A stretch of DNA of 64,000 nt. Origin: the human T2T-CHM13v2.0 reference genome, Homo sapiens. The notes under the pieces are model-generated. The model worked only from the letters and a program-made list of their open reading frames with translations. It had not been told where the DNA came from and did not search any database. Shown here one piece after another: positions 62,160 through 64,000 of this stretch; the stretch's first letter is position 1; each line of letters begins with the position of its first letter. The translations under genes were made by a program, and so were the position numbers. Location: NCBI RefSeq assembly GCF_009914755.1, contig NC_060925.1; one strand, 5' to 3'.

Positions 62160-62530
62160 AATCTTTTTTATTGCTTACAGGTAGGTCTATAACATAATGT
62201 CTTGATATACATATACATAGTGAGAGGATTACTACGGTCAAGCTCAGTAAGATATCCATTATATCACATAGTTATCTTGTGTGTGTGTTTGTGTGTGCAT
62301 TATAATCTCCCAAAATCTGCTTTCTTAGCACACATACAGTGTACAGTATATTATTAACTAGAGTTCTCATGCTATACATTCCATCTCTATACTTCTTATT
62401 CATTTTACATGACTGCAACTTTGTACCCATTGACCTACATCTCCTCGTCTCCTATTCCCTCTCCAATCCCCACCTCTGGTAGCCACTACTCTACTCTGTT
62501 TCTATGTATTTGATTTTTTTATGATTTCAG
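62160..62530 (-). mobile_element. L1MA (8/9-like) 3' end
   Basis: tattaactagagttctcatgctatacatt..actgcaactttgtacccattgacc..ctctggtagccactactctactctgtttctatg. Confidence 0.8.
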
Positions 62531-63921
62531 ATGAGAGAGATCTAAATCTTCATATTAATCCCAAACATCCCTTTCTTATTAAATCTCAAGAGATAGAACA
62601 CAGTTCCCAAACAGAAGGCAATTTAGCCTTTTTTGTGCTTCGAATATTACCCATCACTTTGGATAGGCAGGCTTCCTTAATTGCTTTGTTGCAAAAACAA
62701 TTTGTGTGCTTTTTAAATGAGTTTAATTTTCTTTTAAGTTTTTCTTATAAAAAACATCCAGCATAGTAAAATCAAATAAATTATCCACATGGCAGACTTG
62801 ATTCTCTCTTCTTCTATCAATAAAACTAAATTCCTCCAGACTCAGACTCAGTAAGGCATATTGTATAGAAAATCATATGTTGGTAAAAAATTCAAAAGAA
62901 AAATATTATTACCTGTATTATAAATCTCCTTCTCCTTTTTCTGAATAGTCATTGCAAATAAGGTAATTCTCTAAAACTAAATTGTAAAAAGTTTATGGCC
63001 TGAAATACAACTAAAGATAACTAAGATTATAGTGTAATTATGACGCACTTTCATAGCAAACTTCAGAGGAATTTTAATATTCTACTTAGGATTTAAATGG
63101 TTTTTAAAAAACCATGGGCATTTTCAGCTGATCACAAGTGTTTTGCTCTCATTTATTTCATTTTCATACTGCAGTGATGATAACTGTGAAAAGAAACATT
63201 GGGTACAAGATAAAAAGAGGCCCAAGATATTAAACTACTGGATTGATCCTACTTAGATTATCATAGCATAAAAATTTAGGTAAGCTCTATAATATTATTA
63301 TGTTATGACTTACAAAAACACTATTCTTAATGATTCTTCACTTTTGAAGGCTTTTATGTCCAAGGTAATGGGAAGAAATCTCAATGCCTAGGTATGGCTA
63401 AAATAATAAATATCCAACAGCCCCTTGCATATATTAAAAACAAGTGTGCCTAGGTTGCATATCCGTCTGATACACACTATACTCAAGAATTGCTGCTAGA
63501 GTTGCAAAACTAACAGTGATATTCCAGTTGACTGAGGAATAGTTATGTGCATTTCTTTTCACAGGAAGATAACATTCATGGCCACCTTTGGTAGAGCTTG
63601 TGTTTTATTTGTTTTGTCCTCACATTGAATGGGTGGGTATGCCTGCATCTCCTCCAGGCATTTGCTTTCAATTAGAGGCCATACAGACCTGTACTTTCCT
63701 CATACTTTTAAGTCTCACAGTGTGCTGGGAAATGCAAAACCTCAATGTTGGCCTTTGCTAAGTTGATCTCTGGGGCCCAGCTTAAACACTTCCCTTCTCC
63801 ATCTTATTACCACCAAAAGGCTTAAAAAAAAATCAGGACAGCAAGTAATGCATCTTATATGGCATGTTCTTTGATCTCCTTCCAAGAGTGAGGGCAGAAA
63901 GGAAGCTGCTGAAATGACTTA

Positions 63922-64000
63922 CAGTATTCTCACCTTATCCATAGTTTTGCTTTCTGTGATTTCAGTTACCTGCATTCAACCGTGATCCAAAAACATTACA
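63922..64000. mobile_element. MER44/Tigger7-type MITE start (runs off the window)
   Basis: TA|CAGTATTCTCACCTTATCCATAGTTTTGCTTTCTGTGATTTCAGTTACC. Confidence 0.75.

Noticed and set aside
63545-63640. Acceptor-like tttcttttcacag followed by possible donors
   Set aside because: The donors are weak, there is no recognisable peptide, and no other support.

Overview
Primate (human-like) AT-rich, CpG-poor genomic DNA, intergenic or deep-intronic. I found no convincing protein-coding exon, RNA gene, CpG-island promoter or CRISPR array. The recognisable supplied ORFs are Alu, L1 or MaLR fragments or low-complexity sequence; the rest resemble nothing I recognise. A large part of the window is transposable-element derived. 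This includes about 14 Alu/FAM copies (most with readable target-site duplications, TSDs), solo LTRs (MST, THE1, MLT1, MLT2, MER11, ERV1-type, LTR33-like), a THE1 provirus lacking its 5' LTR, a 5'-inverted (twin-primed) L1PA, old L1M/L2/MIR remnants, and Tigger/hAT MITEs. I did not find a new gene system. The most unusual signal is a set of locally templated inverted (snap-back) insertions at deletion or insertion junctions inside TEs, mostly at 50-60 kb. One of these leaves the THE1 element bounded by two inverted copies of its LTR 3' end. Other points of interest are nested TE stacks, a 325-bp polypyrimidine tract, an E-box/TGACAG cluster and one candidate 39-nt microexon. TE family names come from recalled consensus sequences and need RepeatMasker/Dfam confirmation.
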